A stretch of DNA of 63,685 nt, filler included, from Octopus bimaculoides (lineage: Eukaryota), in NCBI RefSeq assembly GCF_001194135.2. It is 6 parts of 6 records of this genome, joined end to end, with 100 filler letters (N's around TTAATTAATTAA, not from the genome) between each part and the next. Parts side by side here need not be neighbours in the genome. Positions count along the whole stretch, not along the records: positions 24,574 to 52,146 come from NC_068991.1; positions 52,247 to 62,357 come from NC_068981.1; 4 more parts are not named here. One strand, given 5' to 3'. The notes below the pieces were generated by a model. That model ran no database searches. It was not told the origin of the DNA and worked only from the letters and a program-made list of their open reading frames with translations. The position numbers were made by a program, and so were the translations under genes. Each line of letters begins with the position of its first letter. The stretch's first letter is position 1. Below, one piece after another: positions 39,851-53,542 of the stretch.

Positions 39851-41614
39851 CCGGTGGAGGGGGTTGTATCATTTCTGCTTTCCCTTTTCATCTTTTTCTT
39901 CAACTTCTCAACCTCTATATTCTCTTCCCTTCCTTTTTCTTCTTTTTCTTCTTTTTCTTCTTTCCCTGTTTCTTTTTTTCTTTTTTTTTTTTTTTACTTA
40001 TATTGAGGAACTTACTTTCAAAACCGGAATAAGTGCATATTTGGTCGATTTCATGATAGCCATTAAAACATAATCTGCAAGCTGCTGGCTTCACGCACGT
40101 GAAATGTTTTGCAGTCAAACTGGGATGGATGCCATATAGACAGGAAGCGAATCTAAGTCTTCCAATCAAAATCAGATTTATTCAAGTTGTTGTTTCAAGC
40201 AATTACTCAAAAGTCATTCCGGTGCAGATATCTGGTTTTGAAAGTAAGTTCTTCAATTCTGTATATTTCTTATATATCATCTAACGTAGAGCAGTCAGAT
40301 CTCAATAGAGCAGACCGAACTCGAAACGATGTGGTCGGTGGTTGGGACGCAAGCTTCTGATTCATACACCCATGCCTGAGCTGACATAAAGAGTGAAGCA
40401 TGTGTCTCTCTTTCCTGGCCAATGTGTTATATTTTCTCCATTCTCGGATTCACATCAATATCCATAATATACACATCGCTACGGAAGCATCTATTTGTCA
40501 AATGTATTTTCCAAATTTCTGGCTTGAAGTGAGACATGTCTTTCACAGTTATTTACCATTCCAGTTGCCGATTCCTTACCCTGAATATATATACATATGT
40601 GTGTGTGTGTGTGTGTGTGTGTATACATATATACNNNNNNNNNNNNNNNNNNNNNNNNNNNNNNNNNNNNNNNNNNNNNNNNNNNNNNNNNNNNNNNNNN
40701 NNNNNNNNNNNNNNNNNNNNNNNNNNNNNNNNNNNNNNNNNNNNNNNNNNNNNNNNNNNNNNNNNNNNNNNNNNNNNNNNNNNNNNNNNNNNNNNNNNNN
40801 NNNNNNNNNNNNNNNNNNNNNNNNNNNNNNNNNNNNNNNNNNNNNNNNNNNNNNNNNNNNNNNNNNNNNNNNNNNNNNNNNNNNNNNNNNNNNNNNNNNN
40901 NNNNNNNNNNNNNNNNNNNNNNNNNNNNNNNNNNNNNNNNNNNNNNNNNNNNNNNNNNNNNNNNNNNNNNNNNNNNNNNNNNNNNNNNNNNNNNNNNNNN
41001 NNNNNNNNNNNNNNNNNNNNNNNNNNNNNNNNNNNNNNNNNNNNNNNNNNNNNNNNNNNNNNNNNNNNNNNNNNNNNNNNNNNNNNNNNNNNNNNNNNNN
41101 NNNNNNNNNNNNNNNNNNNNNNNNNNNNNNNNNNNNNNNNNNNNNNNNNNNNNNNNNNNNNNNNNNNNNNNNNNNNNNNNNNNNNNNNNNNNNNNNNNNN
41201 NNNNNNNNNNNNNNNNNNNNNNNNNNNNNNNNNNNNNNNNNNNNNNNNNNNNNNNNNNNNNNNNNNNNNNNNNNNNNNNNNNNNNNNNNNNNNNNNNNNN
41301 NNNNNNNNNNNNNNNNNNNNNNNNNNNNNNNNNNNNNNNNNNNNNNNNNNNNNNNNNNNNNNNNNNNNNNNNNNNNNNNNNNNNNNNNNNNNNNNNNNNN
41401 NNNNNNNNNNNNNNNNNNNNNNNNNNNNNNNNNNNNNNNNNNNNNNNNNNNNNNNNNNNNNNNNNNNNNNNNNNNNNNNNNNNNNNNNNNNNNNNNNNNN
41501 NNNNNNNNNNNNNNNNNNNNNNNNNNNNNNNNNNNNNNNNNNNNNNNNNNNNNNNNNNNNNNNNNNNNNNNNNNNNNNNNNNNNNNNNNNNNNNNNNNNN
41601 NNNNNNNNNNNNNN

Positions 41615-41646
<32 letters not shown>

Positions 41647-42160
41647 CATATATATACACTCATACACGTCATGTATACATGTACACAATCACACATAAAC
41701 GTCAAACACGCGCTCATCCAGACTCTGATATACACACATACTTATATACATATGTCTATAAATTCATACATAAATTCAAATATACGTACACACACACTCT
41801 CATGTATATGCATTAAGTTTGTAATTCTTATGTTATGGCTAAGATATAGAAAGTACTCAATACATACAGGAAAGATTGATATAATTGTATTTATTGAAGT
41901 TGACTGTTATTGTAGACATGGCTTGAAATTTCGGCTCAGAAGTAATGGCTAAAATATTAGTCGCCTTTTGTGAGAAAAAAAAATTACACGCATCCACAGG
42001 TGAGGACAGATATGTGTGAGTGTTAACATATGTGTGAGTGTTAACATACATATATGTGTATGCGTGTGTATTCAGAGAGAGAGAGACGGTGGGGAGATAG
42101 AGTGAGTGAGTTAGTGAAAGATGAAGAGAGATACATATACGTACACATACAAATACTATG

Positions 42161-42204
<44 letters not shown>

Positions 42205-43018
42205 ATATATAAGATTCATAATATATATATTGTTATATAATGTGTATGTGTGAGTCCAAATGTGCATATNNNNNNNNNNNNNNNNNNNNNNNNNNNNNNN
42301 NNNNNNNNNNNNNNNNNNNNNNNNNNNNNNNNNNNNNNNNNNNNNNNNNNNNNNNNNNNNNNNNNNNNNNNNNNNNNNNNNNNNNNNNNNNNNNNNNNNN
42401 NNNNNNNNNNNNNNNNNNNNNNNNNNNNNNNNNNNNNNNNNNNNNNNNNNNNNNNNNNNNNNNNNNNNNNNNNNNNNNNNNNNNNNNNNNNNNNNNNNNN
42501 NNNNNNNNNNNNNNNNNNNNNNNNNNNNNNNNNNNNNNNNNNNNNNNNNNNNNNNNNNNNNNNNNNNNNNNNNNNNNNNNNNNNNNNNNNNNNNNNNNNN
42601 NNNNNNNNNNNNNNNNNNNNNNNNNNNNNNNNNNNNNNNNNNNNNNNNNNNNNNNNNNNNNNNNNNNNNNNNNNNNNNNNNNNNNNNNNNNNNNNNNNNN
42701 NNNNNNNNNNNNNNNNNNNNNNNNNNNNNNNNNNNNNNNNNNNNNNNNNNNNNNNNNNNNNNNNNNNNNNNNNNNNNNNNNNNNNNNNNNNNNNNNNNNN
42801 NNNNNNNNNNNNNNNNNNNNNNNNNNNNNNNNNNNNNNNNNNNNNNNNNNNNNNNNNNNNNNNNNNNNNNNNNNNNNNNNNNNNNNNNNNNNNNNNNNNN
42901 NNNNNNNNNNNNNNNNNNNNNNNNNNNNNNNNNNNNNNNNNNNNNNNNNNNNNNNNNNNNNNNNNNNNNNNNNNNNNNNNNNNNNNNNNNNNNTGAAATA
43001 GTTCACCAGTTATTATCA

Positions 43019-43064
<46 letters not shown>

Positions 43065-43070
43065 TAACTA

Positions 43071-43114
<44 letters not shown>

Positions 43115-43529
43115 ACTACAGCATCGTCAACAACATCATCAACAGCAGCACCAGCAACACCAGAAGCAGTAATCTAATTGAAATCCTTACTATTAAGAAC
43201 GCTTAAGCCAGATTGATTTTCTTGTGGCTTAGGAACTTCCAGGACTTACGTCTTCAGTTTGCTCGTTAAGAAGGTCAATATAAATTGACCTTTCACCTCT
43301 CGAACCTTTAGAGTAGAGTGTGGATTATGTCCCCTTCTCTTGGCAATATTTGGACATTACAATTGTGAAGAACGGTTCTTTGGTTGAAATTGTTTCTTTG
43401 GATTTCAGTTCTGTTGCCAACAGAAGCGCGAAAGAGAGAGAGGTGGGGTTAGTGTGTGCGAATGTGGGTGGGTGTGTGCATGTGTGTGTGTGAGAGCGAC
43501 TGTGAGTGTGTGCACGTGAGTGTATCGGA

Positions 43530-43600
<71 letters not shown>

Positions 43601-43694
43601 CGTCTGTGATTGTGTGCACGTGAGTGTATTGGAATGTGTATGTGTGTGTGTGTTTGTGAGCGTATGTGCGTAAATGTGTTTCAGTGTGTGTGCT

Positions 43695-43726
<32 letters not shown>

Positions 43727-44430
43727 CATTTGTGAGTGTATATGCGTGAGAGCGTGTGTTTTTGTGTGGATGTAGGTGTGTATATGCCTTTGTGCGCGTG
43801 TGCGGGTTTGTATATAAGTGTGTGTGTGAGAGAGAGAGAGGGGGGTGAAGGAAGCGGGTGGATGTGTGTGTGTGTGTGATCTAATAGAAATGTTAACTTC
43901 TACAGAGGGACGAACAAACCGATAGACAGGCAGACAGACAGACGGACTGACAGGCAGGTAGGCAGGCAGGTAGGCAGGTAGGTAGGTAGATAGGTAGGTA
44001 GGTGACCAAATGGCAGACAGAGAGTAGACAGTCAGGTAGATAATCAAGCCAACAGATAGACAGAGGGACAGAGATAGACAGACAGAAGAACAAGGCGAGT
44101 TTGAAACAGAAAAAGAAATAATGATATTGAGAAGAAGAAAATACCATAGAGTACGTTAAAGACCCACAAACAAAGCAGTGAAACAAACATGGAGGCCTTA
44201 AACTTTCGATCCATAATGGTGCGATATAGCAGTTTAAATATAATGAAAAGAGAAATTGTGTGTATGATAGAGATAATGTAAAATGACAGCCAGTCACATT
44301 GCATGTTAACACCTCACCATCGAGAATGACTTTGATGGATAACTCGGCCAACTCGCTAAATATATTTGCATTGTACTACTCCATAGTGGGAAGTTTACCT
44401 TTCTCTTCTAGCACACCAAATACACACACA

Positions 44431-44509
<79 letters not shown>

Positions 44510-44726
44510 ACTATCTCTCTCTCTCCTTCTCTCCTTCTTGTTCTCTCTCGGTCTCTCTCACATCATACACATACACTTTCTCTCTCTCTCGCTCCAGCTT
44601 TCTATCTTTTTATCTGTTTATCTAAGTCTCTCTCTCTCTCTCTCTCTCACGCACACACACACACTCACATATACCCGTACATACACATACATTAATATAG
44701 CTGGTTATATGATATACATACATACA

Positions 44727-44757
<31 letters not shown>

Positions 44758-44883
44758 GTATATATAAATATATATATGTGTGTGTGTGTGTGTGTGTATG
44801 TATAATATATATAATATCTATTTATATATCAACATATACATATATAAATGTAAACGTGTGTATACACACACTCATACACACAA

Positions 44884-44932
<49 letters not shown>

Positions 44933-45140
44933 TACATATATATNNNNNNNNNNNNNNNNNNNNNNNNNNNNNNNNNNNNNNNNNNNNNNNNNNNNNNNNN
45001 NNNNNNNNNNNNNNNNNNNNTATATATATGTATATATATGTATGCGTATCGGACGAGAGAAAGGAAGAGAGATAGATGCATATATAAATCAACGAATACA
45101 TACATAGGTAGATACACAGATACAGAGTTGGGTTAATAGT

Positions 45141-45202
<62 letters not shown>

Positions 45203-45233
45203 TATAGATAGATAGATAGATAGATAGATAGAG

Positions 45234-45276
<43 letters not shown>

Positions 45277-45349
45277 AAGATCATCAAGCCTTCATAAAGA
45301 GAAAACCTGAAGTTTTCAAATATCAATAAGTTTGTTAACCTTATTGCAG

Positions 45350-45417
45350 GAAAATGTCTGAAGCAGGTCTCATAATGGACACAGATCTCTCAACGAAGTG
45401 ACCATGTAATGGACGAA
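45350..45417 (+). other. Candidate exon (68 nt)
   Basis: Branch-like ttaac, ttattgcag | ... | gtaagt; the longest frame is [16 protein letters not shown], so it would be stop-containing or non-coding. Confidence 0.3.
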
Positions 45418-45959
45418 GTAAGTGAGAAAGAAGTAAATAGGTTAAAAGGTGTGAACGGGAAGTGGATAAGAAGATGATGGCATTGAATGAGAGATGTCAG
45501 AAGTGGTGTGTGAGGTGTAAAGGGGGGGGGTGATGACAGTGAGAAAGTAAGAACGAAAGAGAAGCTAAGAAAAAGAAAGAGAGAGAGAGAAATTATTGGT
45601 AGAAAAGTCTAGTAGAATGGTAAGAGAAGAATTAGTTAGAGGAGGAGTGGTATGTATATATAGTGGTGGGAGGAAAAGCTGGCGTGTAATGCAAATTAGC
45701 TAGAAACAGGTACAAAAAGCTATGATTACCGAGAACTAAAATGTCAAGGGTGTCAGCCATAGGAAACTGCAGGCGCCAGAGTGGAGTGGGTAACCGAATT
45801 AAAAGAATAAAAGGTGTAAGTTCATATACCTCTGAGTCGTGGTTCCTAGTTGAAAAATGAGCTGTTGTTCTATGAGCTGGCGGGTTGCTTTCCGATCGTG
45901 GAGGTGAGGGCTTGTGACAAGGGGAAATGTAGTTGCAAAACCCAGGTTTCAGGAACCAG

Positions 45960-46150
45960 AGACGTTATTGCGAGCGTACACGAAAGCTTACGAAAGCGAT
46001 CGTAATTAGTATCGTGTGTGTATGTATATCTATGTGTGTGTATCTTTGTGTTTGTGCCCATCACTTCTTGACAACCGGTGTTGGTGTGTTTACATCCCCG
46101 TAAATTAGCGATTCGGCAAAAGAGACCGGTTCGTTTCTTATTACACAGCA
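45960..46150 (+). mobile_element. SINE-B middle fragment
   Basis: gtgtgtgtatctttgtgtttgtgcccatcac..ttgacaaccggtgttggtgtgtttacatccccgtaaattagcg. Confidence 0.75.
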
Positions 46151-46784
46151 GACCATTAGTGGTGGGTTTAGTACAGATAGATGTCAGTCTAAACTTGACT
46201 AAGGGCCATGCCAAGTTAATTGGGGAGAGAAAAACAGAGTTTATGGACTATAAAATTAAATATTATATATGCAAGCTTATTTAAACAGATTTCAGAGACG
46301 GTGTGAAAGAGATTTGGAGCTATAGCCCGAAGCAACCAAGCTAACAAGTTACTGTTCGGTAGCCATAGGATAGCTATTTCAATCTTTGTAGGAGTTCTCA
46401 TCAAATATAACGTACACACACACACACACACACACACATTACACACACACACACACATTACACACACACACACACATTACACACACACANNNNNNNNNNN
46501 NNNNNNNNNNNNNNNNNNNNNNNNNNNNNNNNNNNNNNNNNNNNNNNNNNNNNNNNNNNNNNNNNNNNNNNNNNNNNNNNNNNNNNNNNNNNNNNNNNNN
46601 NNNNNNNNNNNNNNNNNNNNNNNNNNNNNNNNNNNNNNNNNNNNNNNNNNNNNNNNNNNNNNNNNNNNNNNNNNNNNNNNNNNNNNNNNNNNNNNNNNNN
46701 NNNNNNNNNNNNNNNNNNNNNNNNNNNNNNNNNNNNNNNNNNNNNNNNNNNNNNNNNNNNNNNNNNNNNNNNNNNNNNNNNNNN

Positions 46785-46815
<31 letters not shown>

Positions 46816-47133
46816 GATTAATAGTGTATACGCTGTATGGTGCTTTCTGACATTTCCTCGGGGTCTTTTTGTCAACTTAGCGTCGATATTAGTTCCTAAA
46901 CATAATGTCGATATATATGTAGCTGTGCAAAGTTTGAAAGAATATGAGAGTTCAGCTATGTAATGTATCGAATTTAATTTCATTTTGTAACCAAGTCTTT
47001 CATCAGACTAATTCCGATTGTTGTCTAACGTGATGAAGTCTCACGCTCCGAGTTCTAAATTGGGGAACAACACAAACATACACGCGGTTTGAGTGAACTG
47101 AGAGACCAAAAAACTGTTTGTTCTGTGTATAAA

Positions 47134-47420
47134 TATTATGTTGGGCTAAAATTTTTGCAATATTTTGGTAAGTTATTTGCCTTATTCATCAAGTTACAAC
47201 AATAGCAACCTTGCATTCAACGTAGAAGCCATTATATTGCACCGTTTGGAACCAACTTTCTGGCAGTTCTTTGATTCCATGCTGGCTGATACCATTTCTT
47301 GTCCTTCGAGGCAAGAACTCCTCCGCTGAAGCTTTCATCTCTTGGTTGATGAAGCATCAAAAGCGCAGGAAGTGAGCCATAAATTTGATCAAGTAATAAT
47401 CCGAGGGAGATATTTTTCCG
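47134..47420 (-). pseudogene. Mariner transposase C-terminus plus terminal repeat
   Basis: Minus strand: (S)DYYLIKFMAHFLR..SAEEF..SKDKKWY..HGIKELPESWFQTVQYNGFYVE; TIR-like tattatgttgggctaaaa at 47134. Confidence 0.8.
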
Positions 47421-47429
47421 CCATCTTAG

Positions 47430-47550
47430 CGTGCATAAACAGTGGTTAAACAAAGGTCAGCTTCCGGAACTTGTCGCCAAATATGGCCGTGTCGAACACA
47501 AAGGGATGCTCTGCGTCTGGTGGAATTATGAGGGGATAATTTATTGCATG
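47430..47550 (+). pseudogene. Mariner transposase internal fragment
   Basis: KQWLNKGQLPELVAK..KGMLCVWWNYEGIIY matches the mariner K(V)MLCVWW..GII motif. Confidence 0.8.
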
Positions 47551-48879
47551 TTTCTAATAAGTTCTTTTCTTTATAATATAACTAATGGAGAAAAAAAAGC
47601 AGATCAGTTCTCGAAGTGGTTCCACGTGAACCATTTCCAGCGCAGGGCATCTGGTACGATTGTGTGCCTCGCCAAGACCATCTACAAAAGCATTGAGGCC
47701 TTCATAACCCAATTTCAGCTGCTGTGACTGGGTCACGTCATAAAGATTTTTTATGTAGGTTGCTTCTCAGAGTTGTATACGATCAGTTACAGTTCTGGTC
47801 GACATTTAGCTGGAGAGCTGAAGAAGCGACATAAGGATGAAATGAAGAGTGCCTTAAAGATCAGGCCCAAATGACTGGGGAATGTTGCTGTTGATCATTC
47901 TGATTAGGGGTGGCTGTACGGGGATGTGGTCCGTATGCTGGAGATGGAAAGGACGACCAGAAAACTAGAAAAGAGCCGGAAGAGATGCAGCCATAACAGC
48001 CACCATCACATGTATATGTTAGATCGGCGATAGAACTTGAGAACCTCGGTTATCTCTGTTTGACCATCAAAGATCTCAGCTTTATCAGATTAAACATTAT
48101 TATTCAACAACCGAAATGAAAGAACGCATTATTCTCTCGAAGGAGAGGAAAGATATCTGTCTCTCTGCATGCGTGGATTTCTTTTTCTTTTTCTTTTTTT
48201 TTTTCTTCCAACAAAGAAACAGCTCGTTTCTAACAAAGAAATAAAGCAACAGTGATGAAATTTTGATAACAAATGCGATAAGTATCCCAAGCTGAACTTT
48301 AGAAAAATCTTGCATGTTTTTACTGTTCTGCATGTAGATTCTATTTGTAAAGTTCCAGTTGGCTTAGACATTTTCTTTATAATAAACTCACAACTCGCAG
48401 CCATGCCTACGCCTATGATGACATTATTGAGTGAGGCTGATATTTATAAGCAATTCACCAAAATCAGGTGGGCGTATAACGCACAACCAACACATTCAAA
48501 ATATATTCCTATCAAATAATTACACGGGTTACAGTAATATTCCGACAGCAATCCGCTGATGGCAATTTACCGATCAACAATTCACCAATTAGTAAATTGA
48601 ACTGCAAGGAATTAACTGATTATCATATTTATCGATGAAAAATTATTAATTAATAACATGATTTCAATAAATGGTTTTCAAAAAATAAACAGCAAACATT
48701 TTTACTGATAAAATTCAATTTTAAAATATGAAACCATTGATAACACTTTGAAAGGATTTCTCAACTGTGATGCTGTGAGAGTGCGAGTGGGAAGGGCGCA
48801 TGCGTGTGAGGATGTGTGCGTATGTATGTGTGTGTGTGTGTGTCCTGTTTTGAACGTTGAGATTCATAGGGCTGGCTAC

Positions 48880-49095
48880 TCGGCTTCCACAGCATATAAG
48901 TGACCAAGACCACAACACTCCCCCTGAACGGGACGCTGCTCCTGGTCCCGCAGGGTTAATCGTTAACAGCCAAGTGAACTGAAGCAACGTGAAATGTAAA
49001 TGTTTTTAACTCAAGAACAAAACGCATCGCCCGGCTGGGGAATCGAAACCACAATCATAAGAGCGCGAGTACTACATCCTTAACCACCAGTCCAT
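48880..49095 (-). mobile_element. Additional tRNA-derived SINE, decayed
   Basis: Minus-strand B-box gtttcgattcccc, followed by ttcttgagttaaaaacatttacatttcacgttgcttcagttcac. Confidence 0.55.
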
Positions 49096-49511
49096 TCGCA
49101 TTCACCAGACGTTAAATCTTTTAAATAAGGAACAATAGACTTGTTAAGCTCGTAGCTTACATCCAGACACATTTTATTCTTTCAGAACAACCTCGTCATT
49201 TTCGTCTCTGCTATGGAGGATCTTGATAATCGCTGAAATTGTCAGTCAGTGAATGGCTGTCGATAAAATTTTCACACAGGAATTCTATAATATATGGAAC
49301 AGTAAGCTCGCTCGCCATGCTGCGCTGGGGAAACATTTATAGAATTGATATGCTTCTAGCTGATCTGAAAATGACAAATGAAGAGATGCCAAAAAGAAAT
49401 TTGCAAGGTCTATGCATATGTGGTTTGTTAAATGTGACTCTCGGTGTTACATTTGATAAAGTGAAATGTTGCCTTTCAGAAAACTAATATCCCAGCTTTG
49501 CAGTATGTATA

Positions 49512-49728
49512 ACGAGGCGTTGCTGAAAAGTTCCTGACTTTAAGGGGTGTCGCGAAAGGTCTGGTTAGAGTCCCAACCTTCCGAGTTCTTTTACAGGGTT
49601 TAGAAAAACTGAAGGACCACCGCAATAAATGTGTGAACTTGAGAGGGGAATTATGTTAAATAAAGTCACAATTAACTAATCCTGTATTTTCATTTACCCA
49701 AAGCCAAGAACTTTTCAGCACCCCTCGT
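49512..49728 (+). mobile_element. Mariner-derived miniature element, about 215 bp
   Basis: TIRs acgaggcgttgctgaaaagttc / gaacttttcagcacccctcgt; the interior encodes GLEKLKDHRNKCVNLRGE, resembling a mariner C-terminus. Confidence 0.8.
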
Positions 49729-49973
49729 GTATGTATATATATAAACCACTTCAAATATTATTTTGATGAGTTTAAAGTGATTTCTTTTGTGCCGTAAGCC
49801 ATTTACCATTTCTGTGGTGCCTCTCTTCCTTTGGTGCCTCAGGCATGTGCTTCTTTGCTTAATGGTTAATCCAACGCTGAGGATGTCATATAATACTTTA
49901 TTTGCAACCATTTGCCAGTTGCTTCAGCTTCAAAAATAACTAATGTTTATTTATTTTTATCGATTTTGTACAG

Positions 49974-50103
49974 GCAGCAAGCGAAATCGAACTCGGCAGC
50001 GCTTGAATTCCATTTCCGGTTCGACCAGAGGAAGGATGTTGGACGACCTGGTCATGGCCGCACCGAAAGAGACGAGATAGACACGGCTGAAACATTTTTG
50101 AAG
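49974..50103 (+). CDS. Candidate host-gene exon, product unknown
   Basis: Branch site actaat at about 49940, U-rich tract, tacag|; GC- and CpG-rich body; possible donor AAG|gtagaa at 50103. Open frames: QQAKSNSAALEF..ETFLK (phase 2 to 0) or SKRNRTRQRLNSISGSTRGRMLDDLVMAAPKETR*. Confidence 0.35.
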
Positions 50104-50480
50104 GTAGAACTTCTGGATCGAATGGACTTGATTTAACCATCACCACCAACACCACCACCACCAACACCACCACCACCACCACCAATATTCTCATCATCAC
50201 CACCACCATCACCACCACCGCCATCTCCATCATCACCACCACTGCCACAGCCGCCACCATCACAACTGTATGTACCACAGCAATTTCGCCACGGAATTAC
50301 GTTAGGGCAACACGTGACTGAGGAATACACAGCCACTAACATTGCTAATTCAATGAACGGATAGTTCAATGGATGGAATGAGTGAATAATCACCGTCGAA
50401 ACTGACGGAGATCCATTAACTTACACGACTTTTTGTATATATGTATGCACATGCATCTGTTTTTGCGCGCGCGCACACAT

Positions 50481-50519
<39 letters not shown>

Positions 50520-51253
50520 NNNNNNNNNNNNNNNNNNNNNNNNNNNNNNNNNNNNNNNNNNNNNNNNNNNNNNNNNNNNNNNNNNNNNNNNNNNNNNNNN
50601 NNNNNNNNNNNNNNNNNNNNNNNNNNNNNNNNNNNNNNNNNNNNNNNNNNNNNNNNNNNNNNNNNNNNNNNNNNNNNNNNNNNNNNNNNNNNNNNNNNNN
50701 NNNNNNNNNNNNNNNNNNNNNNNNNNNNNNNNNNNNNNNNNNNNNNNNNNNNNNNNNNNNNNNNNNNNNNNNNNNNNNNNNNNNNNNNNNNNNNNNNNNN
50801 NNNNNNNNNNNNNNNNNNNNNNNNNNNNNNNNNNNNNNNNNNNNNNNNNNNNNNNNNNNNNNNNNNNNNNNNNNNNNNNNNNNNNNNNNNNNNNNNNNNN
50901 NNNNNNNNNNNNNNNNNNNNNNNNNNNNNNNNNNNNNNNNNNNNNNNNNNNNNNNNNNNNNNNNNNNNNNNNNNNNNNNNNNNNNNNNNNNNNNNNNNNN
51001 NNNNNNNNNNNNNNNNNNNNNNNNNNNNNNNNNNNNNNNNNNNNNNNNNNNNNNNNNNNNNNNNNNNNNNNNNNNNNNNNNNNNNNNNNNNNNNNNNNNN
51101 NNNNNNNNNNNNNNNNNNNNNNNNNNNNNNNNNNNNNNNNNNNNNNNNNNNNNNNNNNNNNNNNNNNNNNNNNNNNNNNNNNNNNNNNNNNNNNNNNNNN
51201 NNNNNNNNNNNNNNNNNNNNNNNNNNNNNNNNNNNNNNNNNNNNNNNNNNNNN

Positions 51254-51303
<50 letters not shown>

Positions 51304-52096
51304 TGTATGTGAGTATATATAATATGTATGTATGTATGCATGCATGTATGTATATATATACATATATGTACGTATGTATGTTCGAACGGATATTTCTGAA
51401 TAAACTTGATGTTACTTTAGAATTGGTTTCTTTTGCCGCTACTTGCTGCTACCGCAGCAAACTTCTGCTGCCGTTTCCTACAGACACCACCATTGCCGTC
51501 TTTCATTCCCTCTATTTATCTCCATCTCTCTTTTTCAAACNNNNNNNNNNCCCCCCCCAACTCGCCATCCCTCCACGTCCCAACCCCCGTCGAAGACGGA
51601 GGACAACGTTTGCAATTAGCGCTCTTTTCACAGCGGCGGCCATTTTTGAAAAGCAACACGTCCGTTTTATCTGTAGGAAAACATCAAAACAGCAAGCGAA
51701 GCGGATAAATGCCAACTGTTTAGTCCTTAGTCGGAAATTTTATTAGCTATTTCCATCGCCAGATATCATTTTACGCGATTTCTTTATTAGAGATAAACGG
51801 ATGTGATATAATATATCGCGTGTTGTTAAATCAATATCTCACACAACCTCCAAACAAACATAAACTCGCATGTAACCGGTGTCATATAGGCATACACATG
51901 CATACATACATATACGCATACAATCACATTCATATACACATACATGCATTTATACATTCGTGTATACATACATACACCCACTCGCATTCATACAAATATA
52001 CATATATAAATACATACACATACATGCATATGCATTGATACGAGTGTGTGTGTGTGTATGTGCATAGATGCATACATACACACGTGTGTATATATA

Positions 52097-52146
<50 letters not shown>

Positions 52147-52494
52147 NNNNNNNNNNNNNNNNNNNNNNNNNNNNNNNNNNNNNNNNNNNNTTAATTAATT
52201 AANNNNNNNNNNNNNNNNNNNNNNNNNNNNNNNNNNNNNNNNNNNNTGTGTGTGTGTGTGTGTGTGTGTTCGCGTATACGTACATTCGTGAAAAATTTAT
52301 AATGTACTTTTATGCTTAGTCATTAGCCAACTAATCAAATTGTCAATGTTAAAAAAAATACAGAGCCTTTGTTCAATCAATTAAACGACCTGTCAGTGTT
52401 TCAACGAAATTCAGGGATAAAGAAAGCATCATCATGGCTATTTGCCTTTTGTTGGTGAGAGGGAAGCCCGGAGAAGAGACACACAGCCAGTTAT

Positions 52495-52860
52495 ATTTCC
52501 TATTATGGGTACAAGGCTTGAAATTTTGAGGTAGGGGGCAAGTAGATCACATCAATCATAGTGTTCAACTGGCCCTTATCTTATCGACCACGATGGGATG
52601 AAAAACAAAGTCGACCTCAGCAGTATTTGAATTCAGAATGTAAAACCGGAAAAAATGCCGCTAAGCATTTTCTCCGGAGTGTTAACGATTCTGCCAGCTT
52701 ACCACCTTTAAAAAGGCTAATACTGCAATATATTTTATCCGACGCTCTAATAACTCACCTAATTTGCTACCTTAAGGTAAAGTCATCATCAGCGAAATTT
52801 GAACTGAGAACGGCGGAAGAAATACTGCTATACGTTCTAATGATTCTGCCAGCTCGCTGC
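52495..52860 (-). mobile_element. Two tandem decayed SINE-A pieces
   Basis: tttgaattcagaatg..gccgctaagcatt and tttgaactgagaacg..ctgccagctcgc. Confidence 0.75.
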
Positions 52861-53542
52861 TCTCAAGCCATATATATGTATGAGATCGAGGGATCGAGGT
52901 GTAGGAAGAAGGTTAGCTTCAAGCAATCCATAGTAAATATTAAAAAAAAAACAACTTTCAGGGACAATAGTGGTTTATTGAGACGGACGGTTGTGGATTT
53001 TTTCGTATCGAAGTACGATAAACTGAAAAAAGTTCTTTTTGTATTTCAGTGATGGCGACTAAGGAGATAGTGGAGATTTAGGCTAGCGCCTTATCTTGCT
53101 ACAAAAACCATTCAAAGAATTCACGGAGAGTGATGAATGTGAATGAACCGATGTTTTGTATGACAAAAAACGGGGCAGAGTAATAAATAAATTTATATAC
53201 GAGTGTCATATCTGTATTTTAGTCTCGCTGCAAAGTTTCTTTCAGGGGGCAGTTCTCATCAGTTTTTGACGGTAGTCGACACTAACCCTTTTCGCTCACT
53301 TCACCTTCCCAAGATACAACATAAAGTAACAGAAAGTTACTTATTGTGCGCGCGCGCACAGACACAGACACACACACAGAAATACAATGCGATAATCTTT
53401 CATTACATGATTCATAAGAAATTAGTTATTGTCATTAGATGGGAACTTTATTAAAACTGGTCTGGGATCAAACACTAGCAATAACGAATGAGACCATTAA
53501 CGTATTCATTAGATGGTAATATAACCGGAGTCACATGAGATA

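Noticed and set aside
40400-41952. ORFs of 300-450 aa spanning gaps (also 50390-51746, 58280-59445 and others)
   Set aside because: Their length comes from N runs.
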